From: Octopus sinensis
Lineage: Eukaryota
Length of the DNA: 64,000 nucleotides
Reading direction: 5' to 3'
NCBI RefSeq assembly: GCF_006345805.1
Contig: NC_043016.1
Span: 29,078,001 to 29,142,000 of the forward strand
In this document: piece after piece, positions 26,101-40,516 of the stretch
Numbering within the stretch: position 1 is the first letter of the stretch
Layout of the letters: each line of letters opens with the position of its first letter
Notes under the pieces: generated by a model
What the model was told of the DNA's origin: nothing
Seen by the model: only the letters and a program-made list of their open reading frames with translations
Databases searched by the model: none
Translations under genes and position numbers: made by a program

Positions 26101-26574
26101 ATTATTAGAGAAGGTAAGTGCAGTGGTGTAAAGTGGGTTGTGCAAAACCATACGTGGTGGCCACATTATAAACGTATTTTGTTATAGTAGAAGGATTGTT
26201 ACATTTATGATATGGGGGCCAAAACTTACTTTAAGCTACTGAGTGAATGAAGAATATGTAAACAATGAAGGCCTGAGAATGACTTTAGGTAACGGAGACA
26301 ATCTCTGCAGTATCTTCTGAAGGAACTTCAGGTCAAGAATTATGGACAATTCTCAAAATACTTAAGCAGGCAGTGCCAGTAATGCCTTTAGCTGTTTAGC
26401 ACAGCCATGATGAAATCTTCAGAAACTGAAACTGTATAAGAAGCAGGTGACAAAACTGTCTGGCATACACTCGTTTAATGTCTATATATTAATAATTTGT
26501 GGTTTTATATCACAAATGTAATCAGGTGTTGTAACTCTTATCTGGGTATTGATTTAATATATTATTATTATTAA

Positions 26575-27024
26575 GGTGGTAAGCTGTCAGAATTGTTACC
26601 ATTTTCGACAAAATGCTTAGAGGCATTTCTTTCAGTATTCTTACATTCTGAGCTCAAATCACATCAAGGTCAACTATGTCTTCTGTTTTTTTGGAGTTGA
26701 TAAATGAAATAAAGTACCAGTCAAAAAAACTTGGGCTGATATAATCGACTGACCCCTTTATCCCTAGAATTACTGGCTTTTTAAAGTGGCAAGCTGGTAG
26801 AATCATTTAATGCGTTGGACAAAATGCTTATCAGTATTTCTTCTGGCTTGTTATGTTCTGAGGTCAAATTCCATCAAGGTTGACCTTGCCTTTCATCCTT
26901 AAGGAGTCAATAAAATAAGTACCAGGTGTGCACTGAGGTAGATGTAATTGACAAGACCCCTCCCACAAAATTTCAGGACTTGTGCCTATTGCAGAAAAGA
27001 TTGTTATTATTATTATTATTATTA
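26575..27024 (+). mobile_element. two tandem SINE family B copies
   Basis: Two heads (26575, ~26786), central GCCTTTCATCC...ATAAAATAAGTACCAG, (ATT)n tail. Confidence 0.75.
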
Positions 27025-27026
27025 AA

Positions 27027-27360
27027 AGGAGTGGCTGTGTGGTAAGTAGCTTGCTTACCAACCACATGATTCTGGGTTCAGTCCCACTGTGTGGCACCTT
27101 GAGCAAGTGTCTTCTACTATAACCTCGGGTCGACCAAAGCCTTGTGAGTGGATTTGGTAGACGGAAACTGAAAAGAAGCCCGTCATATATATGTGTGTGT
27201 ATATATATATATATATGTGTGAGTATGTGTTTGTCCCCCCAACATCGCTGGACAACTGATGCTGCTGTGTTCACGTCCCTGTAACTTAGCGGTTCGGCAA
27301 AAGAGACCAATAGAATAAGTACTAGGTTTACAGAGAATAAGTCTTCGGGTTAATTTGCTC
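27027..27360 (+). mobile_element. SINE family A, 3'-truncated
   Basis: Consensus match. Confidence 0.85.
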
Positions 27361-27993
27361 TCCCTAAAAAAATTGTCAACTTGTGCCTAAATTTGAAACA
27401 CTTATTACATATCATATCCTCTCTCTTGAATGAAAAGTAAATGAAAACAAAGTCAATCCTAGTGTGATTTGAACTCAGAATCAGTGTCATCTTAAGGCAT
27501 GGGCACATTGAGCAGTAGCCTGGGAGCTCCACAAATGTAGGGAGCAAAAGTTCTAATCTATATATGCTGTGGCTTGTTGTCAATAAATGAATTACTATAG
27601 TACCCATTGCACTGATTTGCTAAGGAACCTATAATACTATTAATAAGATGGACCTATTGAAAGTTAAAAAAGAAAAAAAACTAAAATAGGAGATTCTCTT
27701 TTATCCACACACACAAGAAAACCTTCCTTTATTTTAGGGAGAGGAGAAACTTTCTGCTAATTTTATTAGTAATGATTTCTTAACAAAACACAAGGCATGT
27801 TCATTTGGTGGGAAAATTGATTTCATTAAGTAACTGTCATTTATTTCACCAATCCTCAAAGATCAATAAATTAAGTTGCCTATAGATATTTGAACAGTAA
27901 ACATAAAGGGGTAGTACTACTAAATACTGTATGTGTGTAGATACATAGTCCTTCATTACTATTTGATCTACCACACTGAAGTATATTATGCAG

Positions 27994-28232
27994 ATCATCA
28001 TCATCGTTTAACGTCCATTTTCCATGCTAGCATGGGTTGGACGGTTCGACCAGGGATCTGGGAAGCCAGAAGGCTGCACCAGGCTCCAGTCTGATCTGGC
28101 AGTGTTTCTACAGCTGGATGCCCTTCCTAACGCCAACCACTCCGTGAGTGTAGTGGGTGCCTTTTACGTGCCACCGGCACAGGTGCCAGGCGAAGCTGGC
28201 AATGGCCACGATCGGATTGGTGCATTTTACGA
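27994..28232 (-). mobile_element. SINE-like family C copy
   Basis: CATCATCATCGTTTAACGTCC...CCATGCTAGCATGGGTTGGACGG...GGATGCCCTTCCTAACGCCAACC. Confidence 0.8.
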
Positions 28233-28965
28233 CGGAGGGCTAAAACAAATTTGACCTGGTCAGAATTTCAGCCTGGAGCTATAGATACTGTCAAGCATCT
28301 AAGCCTAGTATTCTACCATTTTTGCAATTCCACAGTCATTTTATTGGTAATAGATGAATTCATGCTTTGGTGGTAGATTTCCTCCATCTTCTGCTATAAC
28401 AGCACCAATTGGACAGTGTGTGACTTTAATGGAGTCAATTCTGTTCTAAATATATGGACTAACTCCCACTTTTTCTTCTGGTAATTTCAGTGGCTCTGAA
28501 AAGGGTCATGGATTCCACCCTCCTCTCTTTGACTAACCAGTACTCCATTTCCACTTGGAATACCATTCATTTCCAGTCTTGGCATAAAGCCAGTGTTGGT
28601 AATAGTAGTCATCAATTGATCTACATTGTAAATGTATTAATCATTGGTTATTGAGTGATGAAAGAACACTGAAAGACAAACAGAAACCGGACAGAGAACT
28701 GAGATATCTGCACCAATCTACACAAACTGCAATGATTATTATTGTTGTTGCTGTTATTATTATTATTATTATTATTCACCCATGCCAGCATGGAAGGCAG
28801 ACGTTAAAAGATGATGATGAATATATTCATATTGCTCCAGTCCACTCAGCTGGCAAAAATGAGTAATCCTGCAGTGAGCTGGCAGCCTGTCCAGTGGGGA
28901 ATAATATATGCCACAAAAGTTGGGAAACTGGCCCTATGAGTCAATATGACTCAGGAAGGAACTTA

Positions 28966-29340
28966 AGGTGGTGAGCTTGCAGAAATGTTAGCCCACTGGG
29001 CAAAATGCTTAGCGGCATTTTGTCTGTCTTTATGTTCTGAGGTCAAATTTTACAGAAGTTAACTTTGCCTTTCATCCTTTTGGTTTCAATACATTAAGTA
29101 CCAGTGAAACTCTGGGGTCGATGTAATCGACTAGTCCCCTCCCTCAAAATTTCAGGTCTTGTACCTACAGTAGAAAGGACTATCATTCTTATTATTGAGT
29201 GAGAGAGCAGTGCATGCCATCAAAGTTACACTGGGCTACAAATGCATGAAGCCCACTATACCCATTGGGGTCAATGTAAATGACTAGTCCCCTCCCACCA
29301 AAATTTCATGGCCTTGTGCCTTCAGTAGAAAGGATTATTA
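28966..29340 (+). mobile_element. SINE family B copy plus duplicated 3' end
   Basis: Full head at 28966; tail repeated at 29266-29340. Confidence 0.75.
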
Positions 29341-29394
29341 TAATATTATTATTATTATTATTATTATATTATTATTATTATTATCATCATTATT

Positions 29395-29915
29395 ATTGAG
29401 TGAGAGAGAGAGCAGAGCATATCATCAAAGTGACACCAGGGTACAAATATATGAAGCCCAGTATACTCATCATGAATACCCGGCTGATAAGGGTACACCA
29501 GGCATATGCATAACAACCAAATGTGTGCAACATAGTGATTTCATATCAAGATAAACAGTGCATGACCTTGCAGGTGGGGGCCTAGTTAGTATTTTTTTTG
29601 GGGGGGGGGGGTTGAGTAGCCCATCCCACTCAAAAGGTTCCTGAATAAAGTTTGTTTAAGGATGACCAACGAAGCACCCATGTTTCCAGAGGTAAATTAT
29701 TCAAACCTTAAAGAATTCCTCTCAACACTTGGCTATGATGCTCCCCCACTACTACTGCTCGTGGTCAGAGATGCACATATCGTCAGCCACTAAGGGATAC
29801 ATTCAAATGGTTAAGGTCAAGCATTTGACAAACAAATCTGTGGTATTGAGCAGAATATTTGCTCTAGCCCATCTTTTTACACCAAGACAAAACATAACAC
29901 TTCCAATCAGTTTAA
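29395..29915. repeat. probable interspersed repeat, class unknown
   Basis: Start (GAGAGCAG...CATCAAAGT.ACAC..GG.TACAAAT) also present at 29195-29265. Confidence 0.4.
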
Positions 29916-29949
29916 AAGAAATTTTTTTTTTTAAGCATTCACTTCTTAC

Positions 29950-30400
29950 AAGGTCCTTAGGCCACTGAAAACATAAGAGCTACAAGAAAAAAATGGATGC
30001 TAGACACAAGTGACAATGTACATTATACTTAAAAGACAGGAGGTCATATTGAAGAGGAAAACAAGACTGTGGAAGGGAATTCCAAAGTTTAGAGGTGTGA
30101 GGGAAGAAACTGGTACTGTAAATTGCTTCACAACACTTAGGAGGTTGCCCAGTATACCGATGAGAACTGGATGCAGGTCTAGTTGATCACTGATAAGTTC
30201 TTAAAGGAGGAACCAGAGAAGAGAGCTCAGCTGAACAATGTCTATGAAAATACTTAGAGAAAAGAGACAAGGAAGCCACACGATGACGATGAGAGAGTGA
30301 ATCCAATTTAGAAGATAGATCAGGACCAGCAGCATTACAAATACAGTGTTGAATGCAGTCCAACAGAGTTAAGCAATCCACAGAAGCAGAAGCCATAAGA
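29950..30400 (-). pseudogene. decayed CR1/Jockey-group LINE ORF2 C-terminal fragment
   Basis: LLDCIQ...LDSLSHRHRVASLSLFSKYFHRHCSAELSSLVPP resembles L.PL.HRR.VASLSLFYRY..G.CS.EL. Confidence 0.7.
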
Positions 30401-30469
30401 GCCAATGCCTTGTATTGCATCAGGACATTTGTCGTCAGCGACGGCAGCAGCAGCATCCTCATCATTCAG

Positions 30470-31135
30470 TTAGTGAGCTCGCAGAAATGTAAGTAAGCCA
30501 GACAAAATGCTTGGCAGCATTTCATCTGCATTTACATTCTTAGATCAAATTCCACTGAGGTTGATTTTGTTTTCAATTCTTTCAGGGTCAATGAAGTATA
30601 TACCAGTTAAGTATTGGGGAGTCAATGTAATCGACAAGTCCTTTTCTCAAAATTTCAGGCTTAATGCCTATAACAGAAAGGATTTTTTTTAATGGTTCAG
30701 GCAGTGAGCTAGCAGAATTGTACACTAACTGGACAAAATGTTCAGGGGCAATTCATCTATCTTTATGTTCTGAGTTCAAATTTTGCTGAGGTTGACTTTG
30801 CCTTTTGAGTTGATAAAATGGGTACCAGATGAATTTGGGAGAAGAAGGTGTAACTGACTACTCCACCCCTCACAAATGATGGCTCTATGCCAAAATTAGA
30901 AAGGATTATTATTACAATTAAGGCGGCAAGTTGGTAGAATCGTTAGTAGGCTGGATGAAATGATTAGTGGCATTTTGCCCATTTTCTATGATCTGAGTTC
31001 TAATTCTGCCGAGACTGACTTTGCATTTTATTCTTTCAGGATGACCAACTAAGTACCAGTTAGGTACTGCGGTCGATGTAATCACTTAGTCCTTTCCCTC
31101 AAAATTTCAGACCTTGTGCCTAAATCAGAAACCAC
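30470..31135 (+). mobile_element. three tandem SINE family B copies
   Basis: Heads near 30472, 30700 and 30921. Confidence 0.75.
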
Positions 31136-31916
31136 CATAATTTTATGTCTGCTTTCCATGCTGGCATGGTTTGGACAGGTTGTCAAAGATTAAGCTCTTT
31201 CCTGCCAGAAGCTACCGCTTTCACAGACAGGTGCCTGTGTTATTTTCATTTGTTTCCTATACCATCTGCTTTACAAAATCTACTGTATACATTTTATCAT
31301 GATGCTAACATCAAAAGGTTTATGTGATCAACCTTCACCCGTTTGGTCCAAGTCATCTTTAATCTTCTAACTGGTTCCACTAACTTGGAACATTCAGTAC
31401 TTTCCCATGCAGCAACCATCGTCCATATGGATCACATAACCATATCAAGCAGCCTTCTCTGTTATACACACATTCATAGTATATATATCATCACACACAC
31501 ACAATATATATTTATATACACTCACAACACACACAGACGTGTATGTGTGTGTGTGCATGTTTGTGTGAGTTTACAAGTGCGTGTGTGTGGATGTTTGAGT
31601 TTTTGCATTCATAACAGTGGTGGGAAATTTGAAAAAGAGGAAAAAAAGGGGATTTTGCTAGAGTCAACAAAAATAACAGACATGAAACAAATGAGAAATA
31701 TGGAAACAGTCCAAGCAAAGTTCTACAGCTGCAATATATTCTAATGGAAATATTAATCCCTTTGGGAGTTTATTTTATAAATGAAGTCTAATTGGGAAAA
31801 CATTTAAAATAATATTTTCATATTTAATTTGGGAGGTTACATGTTGGTTACCATTTGTGAAGAGGATGGGAGAGAGAGAGAGAGAGAGAGCTATGAAGAA
31901 ATATAAATCATGCAGA

Positions 31917-32077
31917 GGCTTAGGAGTGGCTGTGGGGTAAGTAGCTTGCAAACGAATCACATGGTTCGGGTTCAGTCCCACTCCAAGGCACCTTGAGCAA
32001 GTTTCTACTATAGCCTCAGGCTGACCAAAGCCTTGTGAGTGATTTGGAAGACAGAAACTGAAAGATGCCCGTCATAC

Positions 32078-32136
<59 letters not shown>

Positions 32137-32337
32137 GTGTGTGGTCTGTGTTTGTCCCTTCTAACATCGCTTGACAACTGATGCTGGTGCGTTACGTCCC
32201 CGTAATTAGTGGTTCGGCAAAAGAGACCGATAGAATAAGTACTAGGCTTACAAAGAATAAGTCCTGGGGATCGATTTGGTCGACTAAAGGCGGTGCTCCA
32301 GCATAGCCACAGTCAAATAACTGAAACAAGTAAAAGA
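31917..32337 (+). mobile_element. SINE family A, full length
   Basis: Consensus match with expanded internal (TA)n. Confidence 0.9.
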
Positions 32338-32684
32338 GATATCTGTGTGTGTGCATGAATGAATGTATACATATGCAGCAATGTGGCTTCAGGTACAGTT
32401 CCACTGTGCTGCACCTTGGGCCAGTGTCTTTTACTGTAGTCCTCCAAACTGATCAATGCCTTGTGAGAGAATTTGGCAGAGAGAAACTGTGTGGAAGCCC
32501 TCCCTTTCCTTTCAAGTGTTATATTAATAAAACCTTTGTTAAAATCTGTCAAATGTCTCAAGATAAGTAATGAGGAATCAATATCAAGGCACCTTACCAT
32601 ATTCTTCACCCCTCACTCTCTTTAAATATATATACGTGTTTGTATGTGTCTGTGTGTACACACACACACACACACATATGCATG

Positions 32685-32850
32685 ACGTTCTGAGTTCAAA
32701 TTCCGCCGAGGTTGACTTTGCCTTTCATCCTTTCGGGGTCGATAAATAAAGTACCAGTTATGCACTGGGGTCGATGTAATCAGCTTAATCCCTTTGTCTG
32801 TCCTTGTTTGTCCCCTCTATGTTTAGCCCCTTGTGGGCAATAAAGAAATA
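32685..32850 (+). mobile_element. SINE family B variant with different tail
   Basis: CTGAGTTCAAATTCCGCCGAGGTTGACTTTGCCTTTCATCCTTTCGGGGTCGATAAA then GTTTAGCCCCTTGTGGGCAATAAAGAAATA. Confidence 0.75.
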
Positions 32851-33100
32851 TATTTTTTTCTCATTTTAGGTCATTCTTAATATAAATGTGTGCATGTGTC
32901 TGTCCCCATCACCTGACCACCATCACAAATTGACAGAAGATTGTATTTTACATTCCCATATAGAGACCAATAGAGTAAGTGCTAAACTTTAAAAAATAAT
33001 ACTGGGGTCAATTTATTAGACCAACCTCTTCAAAGTGGTGTCCTAGCATAGCTGAAACAAGCTCAATGACTGAAACAATATATATATATATATATATATA

Positions 33101-33145
<45 letters not shown>

Positions 33146-33799
33146 AGACAGTGTTGGAAATGCTGAAGTATTGAACCTGAGACATTAGGTATAAATTTTT
33201 TCAAATTAAAGATGAGAAATCAAACAAGTTCAACAATTGAAAACCTTACAATATAAACCAACAGGTGTTGGTGTGTTTACATCCTTATAACATAGTGGTT
33301 CAGCAAAAGAGAATGATCAAACAGGTGCTAGGCTTAACAAAAAATAAGCACCAGGCTCAATTCATTTGACTAGGAATTTTTCAAGACAGTGCCCCAGCAT
33401 GACCACAGTCTAATGAGTAAAACAAGTAAGAGGTAAAGCAAAATTTTGTCATGAGCCCTTAAAATACTACTATGGATCTCCAATTTACTATCTTATTTGC
33501 ATGGACCCTCAAAAATCTTATGAACCTCAAGAGTCATATAGATCCTGGTTGAGACCATTGTCATAGATAAATACTTCCCCTGAAACTGTCTCACTAGATG
33601 AGATACCTTTGGCATCAATAGTAACTTTCCTTGGCGCAGAGCCAAACTGTTTTCCATGGAAACTTAATTTCTTTCATATTCATTTATGCCAATAACTCTT
33701 TCCATGCCCTCATTTAACAATGTGATGCTTCAGTATATGCCCTCCCAAATACACTACTTTTATTTACCTTCATGTCAGTTGCTGCTTCTGCTACTACTA

Positions 33800-34020
33800 C
33801 TAGGAGCACTCCGTCGGTTACGACGACGAGGGTCCCAGCTGATACGATCAACGGAACAGCCTGCTCGTGAAATTGACATGCAAGTGACTGAGCAATCCAC
33901 AGACACATGTACCCTTAACGTAGTTCTGAGGGAGATTCAGCGTGACACAGAGTGTGACAAGGCCGGCCCTTTGAAATACAGGTACAACTCATTTTTGCCA
34001 GCTGAGTGGACTGGAGCAAC
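33800..34020 (-). mobile_element. SINE family D 3' part
   Basis: Reverse complement of 18665-18830. Confidence 0.8.
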
Positions 34021-34125
34021 TACTACACCAGTAATAGGGTTATAACAGGTTTTGTTTACTGGGACTGATCTGTGTGATGTGTGTGTGAGAGAGAGAGAGA
34101 GAGAGGAGAGAGAGGAGAGAGAGAG

Positions 34126-34177
<52 letters not shown>

Positions 34178-35088
34178 TTCAACTCCACAAGACATACTAG
34201 CAACAGCTATGCTTGTAGAATCAACTGCATTTATTCCTTCATATTCTCTGTATATGGGTATGTACACAAATGTATATAAATATATATATATATATAATAC
34301 AAATAAGAAAATGGAGAAACAAATTTAGTTTGTCCATCATCTTTCGGATATTAGAATGTTGAATTATAACAGTATATTGGATAAATACTATCCCTCAGTG
34401 GGTTACACCCATAACCCCTAACTTATTTTGTGTTATATATACGTTTTTTTATTTTGGAAGAGTGGCTCTCAAATCACACATAAATCTATAAATAAGGGTG
34501 TGTAAATATTGGTTGAAAAACCCAATATTTACATGCTATCGTTTATAGCATTGTCATCATTGTTTAATGAGATTAGAAACCAGTCAGATCAGTTCCAATG
34601 TTTCTGTTCACACAGAAATCAAACTACAGTCAGCATGGAAAGCAGACGTTAAACGATGATGATGATGAGCTTTAAGAATTATTTCATATTCTCTGAAAAG
34701 TTTATAAATTCTTATGATGTCAATAATGTGTATGCATGTGTGTTTGTGTTACTGTCTCTTGACCTTCACATTATGTGCTAGTTGTAAAATGAATGCTCCT
34801 GTTTTTGCAAGAAGTGCTGGTTGTAACCCAATCTTCCACAAAAACATGTCTGGTCATAGGGAAATATTACCTTACTAGGAAAGAGGTGAAAGTTAGTGAT
34901 AAAAAAGGAATCTGGCCATAGAAAGTCCACTTCAATAAATTCCATCCACTTAATTTGAACATGGAGATGTGAGCGTTTAAACGACAAAATGACAATGATT
35001 TATATAGAGAGAGATAGAGAGATAGATAGATAGATAAATATGTACATAATAAATTAAAGGCTTTATAGGTTTAATAGCCACTCTACAC

Positions 35089-35364
35089 CAGTCCTACTCA
35101 AAGTGGTGGTCTGCGAACTGGTGCTGGTCCGTGAGCCATCAGCTGCCAATACACAGCAAGTTTCCAGAAAAGATAGAAACATTATAAAATGCTTATGTAA
35201 TATTGTATTATTTGTTTACAAAATAAATATAAGATGAAAAAAAGTTGCCAACTTTTATTATATTCATTATATTGTGTTTCCAGTATAAATTAATATTACT
35301 AGTCCTTGGCACATTGGAAAACAAAATTGCCAGTATGCTCCATCAGATAGTTTGAGAAGCATTG
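35089..35364. mobile_element. hAT (Charlie-like) MITE
   Basis: TIR CAGTCCTACTCAAA / TTTGAGAAGCATTG with perfect 8-bp TSD CTCTACAC (35081-35088, 35365-35372). Confidence 0.85.
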
Positions 35365-35583
35365 CTCTACACAGTATTTTTGGATTATGTGAAATGCAAG
35401 TTAGACCTTTTTTTAATAAGTGTAATTTAGCCATGAATAAAAAAAAAATAAGCACTGTAGTATTATCTCTATGTGGACAAAAACATTGGAACTGAGCTGA
35501 CTGGTTTTTAATCTCATTAGACTTTCATAACTGTAATGCAAAATAGACAGACTTGAGATGTACCAGAGTTTGTATACATCATA

Positions 35584-35900
35584 AACAAGAACACTCACAG
35601 AGTGCAAACCTCTGCCAAGGCAACACCAATGTCCTCTCAATGATTTGCCAGAGATGAATTTTAAAATAAGAATATCTGAAATAAACTCGACTGCCCTCAA
35701 AAAAAAAAAAAAAAAATCCAGAATCCTTTTCCGGTACCGGATCAATCCTAAATTCTAATCAGTTTGTGCCAGTCATGAGCCCATAGATCTCTGAAAGTTT
35801 CATCTGAATCCATTCAGCGGTTCTCAAGATATCTCGTCCACAGCCAAACGAACAAACACAACTGAAAACAATACCTCCACCTTCACTAAGGCGGAGGTAA
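35584..35900. mobile_element. Helentron-associated (HINE-type) non-autonomous element
   Basis: Subterminal ACCTCTGCC, terminal hairpin ACCTCCACCTT-CACT-AAGGCGGAGGT, internal palindrome TCCGGTACCGGA. Confidence 0.55.
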
Positions 35901-36240
35901 TAACTATAAACTACCAATCTGCTTGTTAACAGAAGATGTATAATCTTTCTCTGATAAAGGTTTAAGAAGACTGGAAACTAGTGAACTTGATTCCGGTTTC
36001 TGTTTCTGTATCTGGAAGGCTAAAATTGTTTGTTTATTTAAAATTTGTATACCCTGTGTGACATTTCAAACATTATAAATGTATATATTTACTATATTAA
36101 GTATTTGTGTAAAGTTTTGTCTCATTACCAACCCATCTCCTGACCTCAAGACCACTTCTTTCCCAGCTGGTTGCCTCACCTCCTCTTTCTCTCTCATACA
36201 TGTTCTATTCCATAATTTCTACCAGATGTCTTATATTTTA

Positions 36241-36272
<32 letters not shown>

Positions 36273-37384
36273 ATTAGCTACAGGAGTCAGGAATAGCAGA
36301 AAGGAGGAATGAATAAATAAGGTGAAAAGAAAAAAGAGAAAAGAGAGAATGAAAGAAGAAGGAAACAAAGGAAGAGAATCAAGGACAAAGATGCATGGAA
36401 ATGTAAAAGAGGAAAGAATTTATTTAGATTATTTCCTCCAAGACTGTGTTAGCCTTTGGATAGAATGAAGCTCTACCACTACCACAACTTGGTGAGGAAG
36501 ATTTTTTTGGCTTTTACATATAAACATTAAGATTGAATTAAGAAAGTGAATCGTTGTCGTTGCTGATGGCGGCGGCGGCGACAGGAATGGATATGTACAA
36601 GGTAGAATGGAACCCAGCTGTAAGCCTTTGCAGAAATTATATATTTTCTTATCCTTCTCCTCCTGCCTGGTTGGTACCAGTTTGTTGCTGCTGGGAGGAA
36701 GGGTAATGGCAAATAGATGTGATGATATGACGTTATATATTTATCTTAATAACTGATTCTTTGCAACTTCACACACACACACAGAGTTCTTGGATAAGTG
36801 CTGACTACTTGCTGGTTTCCTCCCATTATCTCCAAGAGTTTATCTAAAAAGAATTTTAATCAGTCAACTGGAAACTATAATCAAATTATAGATAACCTTG
36901 TGTGTGTATACATAATTGTATGTCTGGGCATGTATGCATAAAGGATTGTGTGTGTGTGTGTGTAATTACAGGTATTGGTATATGTATACATAACTGTGTG
37001 TAGAGATGTGCGTGTATGTACATAATTGTGTGTATAGATGCATTTATGTGAATGCATAATTGTCTGCATAGATTGTGTATGTGTGCACATACATAATTAT
37101 AGAATCAAGTGTGTGCATGTGTGTATACATGAGGGCATGTGTGTATACATGAGGGCATATTAAACTATGAATGTATGTGTATGCATGTATATGACTGTCT
37201 ATAGATGTATTAGTGGAAGTATCAAACTACTGCAAATGACAGTCATGGTACATATATATGTGTGTGTGTTTGTGTATATATGTGTGCACATGCACATGTG
37301 TATATATATACATATGCACATACTGTTTATAGATGTATGAATGCAAGTATAGAAAATTGTGTGAACAAGGTGTGTATATGTCTG

Positions 37385-37416
<32 letters not shown>

Positions 37417-38227
37417 CATACACGCACACATTTATATACACACACACCACACTCATTATAGATGTATGAATGTAACTATAGAAAATTGAGTGAACAAGGG
37501 GTGTGTGTGTGTGCGCACGCACATGTGTATGAATATTTCTGTATGTCAGTATGTTTGTGTATGCATGTCTATGTATATGAGTATGTCTATGCAGGTGAGT
37601 GTGCTCATACATCTGTGTATGTGTCTTTGTGTATATGTCTGAGCATGCGTATGTGTGTGTCAGTATGATGAAAGACCCAATTACCACAGAATAAATAGTG
37701 CAAGTTCGGCCTAAACCATTCATCAGAATAAAATGGTAAAATAAATATTTGATATAGATAAGGAAACCCGATTTAGAGTTTATTCTTCAATGGTTCCCAC
37801 CATTTGAATAAAGCCACACTGGAATAACAGCATTTGCTAAGGTGAGCATAAACTAACCTGCAGTGATTATTTTCATTGACCTTGGAAGTATGTCAAAAAC
37901 ATTGGATTTGGGTGGGATTTGAACACAGAAATTAGAACATAAAATGATAGTAACAAATACCATAAGGCATTTTACTGATTCTGCCATTTACCTACAACAT
38001 ATAAAACGGCAAAATGGAACTGGGGGCTGGGGTGGGGCTCTAGGTGGTGGCTTGATTTTCAAGAACTAGTAAACAAATCTTGCTAAAACTTCATTGTAGC
38101 ATCTTAAAATGGTTAAATATTGGTTTTGGGTTCAGTCCCACTTCTTGGCACCTTCTACTATAGCCTCTAAAATCTTGTGGGTGAATTTGTTAGATGGGAA
38201 CTGAAAGAAGTCCATTTTGTTAGTAAA

Positions 38228-38507
38228 GAACCATCCGAAGGTGGCCGTTGCCAGCGCCGCCCTGACTGGCCTCCGTGCCAGTGGCACGTAAAAAAGCACC
38301 AACCGATCGTGGTCGCTGCCAGCCTCACCTGGCACGTAAAAAGTATCCACTACATTCACGGAGTGGTTGGCGTTAGGAAGGGCATCCAGCTGTAGAAACA
38401 CTGCCAGATCAGACTGGACTGGTGCAGCCTCCTGGTTTCCCAGACCCCAGTCGAACCATCCAACCCATGCTAGCATGGAAAGCGGATGTTAAATGATGAT
38501 GATGATG
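38228..38507 (+). mobile_element. SINE-like family C copy
   Basis: TGGCACGTAAAA internal repeats, tail GCATGGAAAGCGGATGTTAAATGATGATG. Confidence 0.8.
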
Positions 38508-39416
38508 TATGTGCACACACACACACATCACATACATAATGGATAACTCAGTTATGGATATAATATTGTTATAAAAAAGGATGGTTATGTTAGGGATGTC
38601 AGTTGGATTATAAAGATCCATCACAGAGAGTGAATAGCATTTGACCATCAAATATGGAAATATCCAATTTTCGGATCTTGGATTTTACTGAGTTGCTTGA
38701 ACAACTACTGACACATTGTGGTACCATTTAACTCTTGTGTGGACTGAGACTGCTACTACTATTATAATAACAGCAGCAGTAGCAGCAACTATGCATTATA
38801 CAGCATCTCTACTTGCAGGGAGTATGGAAAAGAACTGAGCACCAGGAGATGGGCCGAAACACGTCATATGTAGGTTCGCCAAAACAAAATTATAACGCCT
38901 ACAGCAAGAGGTGCCCATCATTGCCACAGCTGTACAAAATAATTTAAGGTCCAGTAGCAGAACTGAAAAGCAAAAGCCATATCCCTGCTGCTCATATTTT
39001 AATCCCTCCTCTTCCTCCTCACTATCACCACTGCCTCCTCTCCTGTATACATCTGTCAATAATTTTGACGGCTGTTCACTTTAACTTCATTATATACACA
39101 TTAGCAAGAAGTTGGGTAGGGATATAGGCAGGGGTGGTTAATTAATACTGTTTAGTTGTTGTAGATTACCCGCAACAAGTACACATCATTTTCTCCCCCA
39201 CTCCATTGCATATGACTAGGATGTAGTAACATTACGCACATCTTACATACATTAACTCATTGTTCTTCTATATAACATAAAATAATAAATAAATAAACAG
39301 GACTGCATTTTCTTTTCCCCACAAGGCAGAAAATACAATACAACATTACAGAGATGAAGAACCAATTTATACCACACACAAACAATCATGCTTTATATAT
39401 GTATACACACACATAA

Positions 39417-39810
39417 GGTGCAGGCTTGGCTGTTGGTGGGTTAAGCAGTATTCTCAACCACGTGGTTTCAGGTTCGATTCCACAGCGTGACATCTTGGGC
39501 AAGTGTCTTTTGCTATAATCCTAGGTTGACCAAAGCCTTAAGAAGGATTTTGGTAGACAAGAACTGAAAGTTTCCATCTAGCAGAGATGCTGTTTCCACC
39601 ACTACCACCATCACTATAATCATCATCATTTAATATCTGCTTTCCATGCTGTCATGGGTTGGATTCTTTGATAGGAGCTGGCAAGCCAGAAGACTGCATC
39701 AAAGTCAGCTGTCTGCTTTGGCATGGTTTCTGCAGCTGGATACCCTTCCTAATGCCGACTACTTTATGGAATGTACTGGGTGGTTTTTATGAGGCACCAG
39801 CACTAGTGAG
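39417..39810. mobile_element. SINE family A head (+) followed by family C fragment (-)
   Basis: GGTTCGATTCC...CTTGGGCAAGTGTC; CATCATCATTTAATATCTGCTTTCCATGCT. Confidence 0.65.
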
Positions 39811-40477
39811 GCCACCAAGTATCTTGCCAGACAAGTCCCCACCTCAACTGAGAGAGGGAGAAGTATTAAGGGAGGTGACTTTGTGCCAGGTGATGAGAGG
39901 TTAAATTATGACAGATGGACAGAAACAGGTGTCTTGTAGAAGAGGAGATACAGAGTGACCCTGGATGGAAAAGAGGGGGAAGATGGTGGGGAAGTTGTGT
40001 CAAGGCATACTCTCAAGTAACAGAAGGATTACATATAAGGGAAGGGACACAGAGGATTGGATAAAGTGAGCAAGCAGGTAAGTTCACGAAAGTGGGAGAC
40101 AGAATGGGGAGGAATGCAGTGAGTGAAGACAGGTAGAGGGAGTGGATGTTAGGAAGCCATATTGTGTGAGTGTGTGTGTGATTTGTGAAGGACAGATTGT
40201 GTGCAGGTTAGATCGCAAGATTTGAAGGGAGAGGGGAAGGAAATGTAGTGAGTGGTGAGCATAAGGGGAGGGGAATTGTGGAGGAGAGATTTTACAGGGA
40301 CATTATGTGTCAGGTGGGTGGTTGGGTGGGGAGGCAGGGCAGAGGCATAAATGACTTGCCTTTTAGGGTCTCACTTTTACTTAGGTGAATGTATCTTCTC
40401 AAACACAGCAAATCAAGAATCAACTTGCTCCTTCGTCATACCTTCTGTAAGAATCTACACCTGAAGGTCATACATGC

Positions 40478-40516
<39 letters not shown>

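Noticed and set aside
26121-26241. Possible small hAT MITE (CAGTGGTGTA...TAAGCTACTG)
   Set aside because: Poor TIR match and no TSD
38833-38862. CTGAGCA...GCCGAAAC as a hammerhead
   Set aside because: Core not CUGANGA and no helix I or II pairing
38796-39059. Minus ORF with acidic stretch SEEEEEG
   Set aside because: Weak acceptor, simple-sequence origin, no homology evidence
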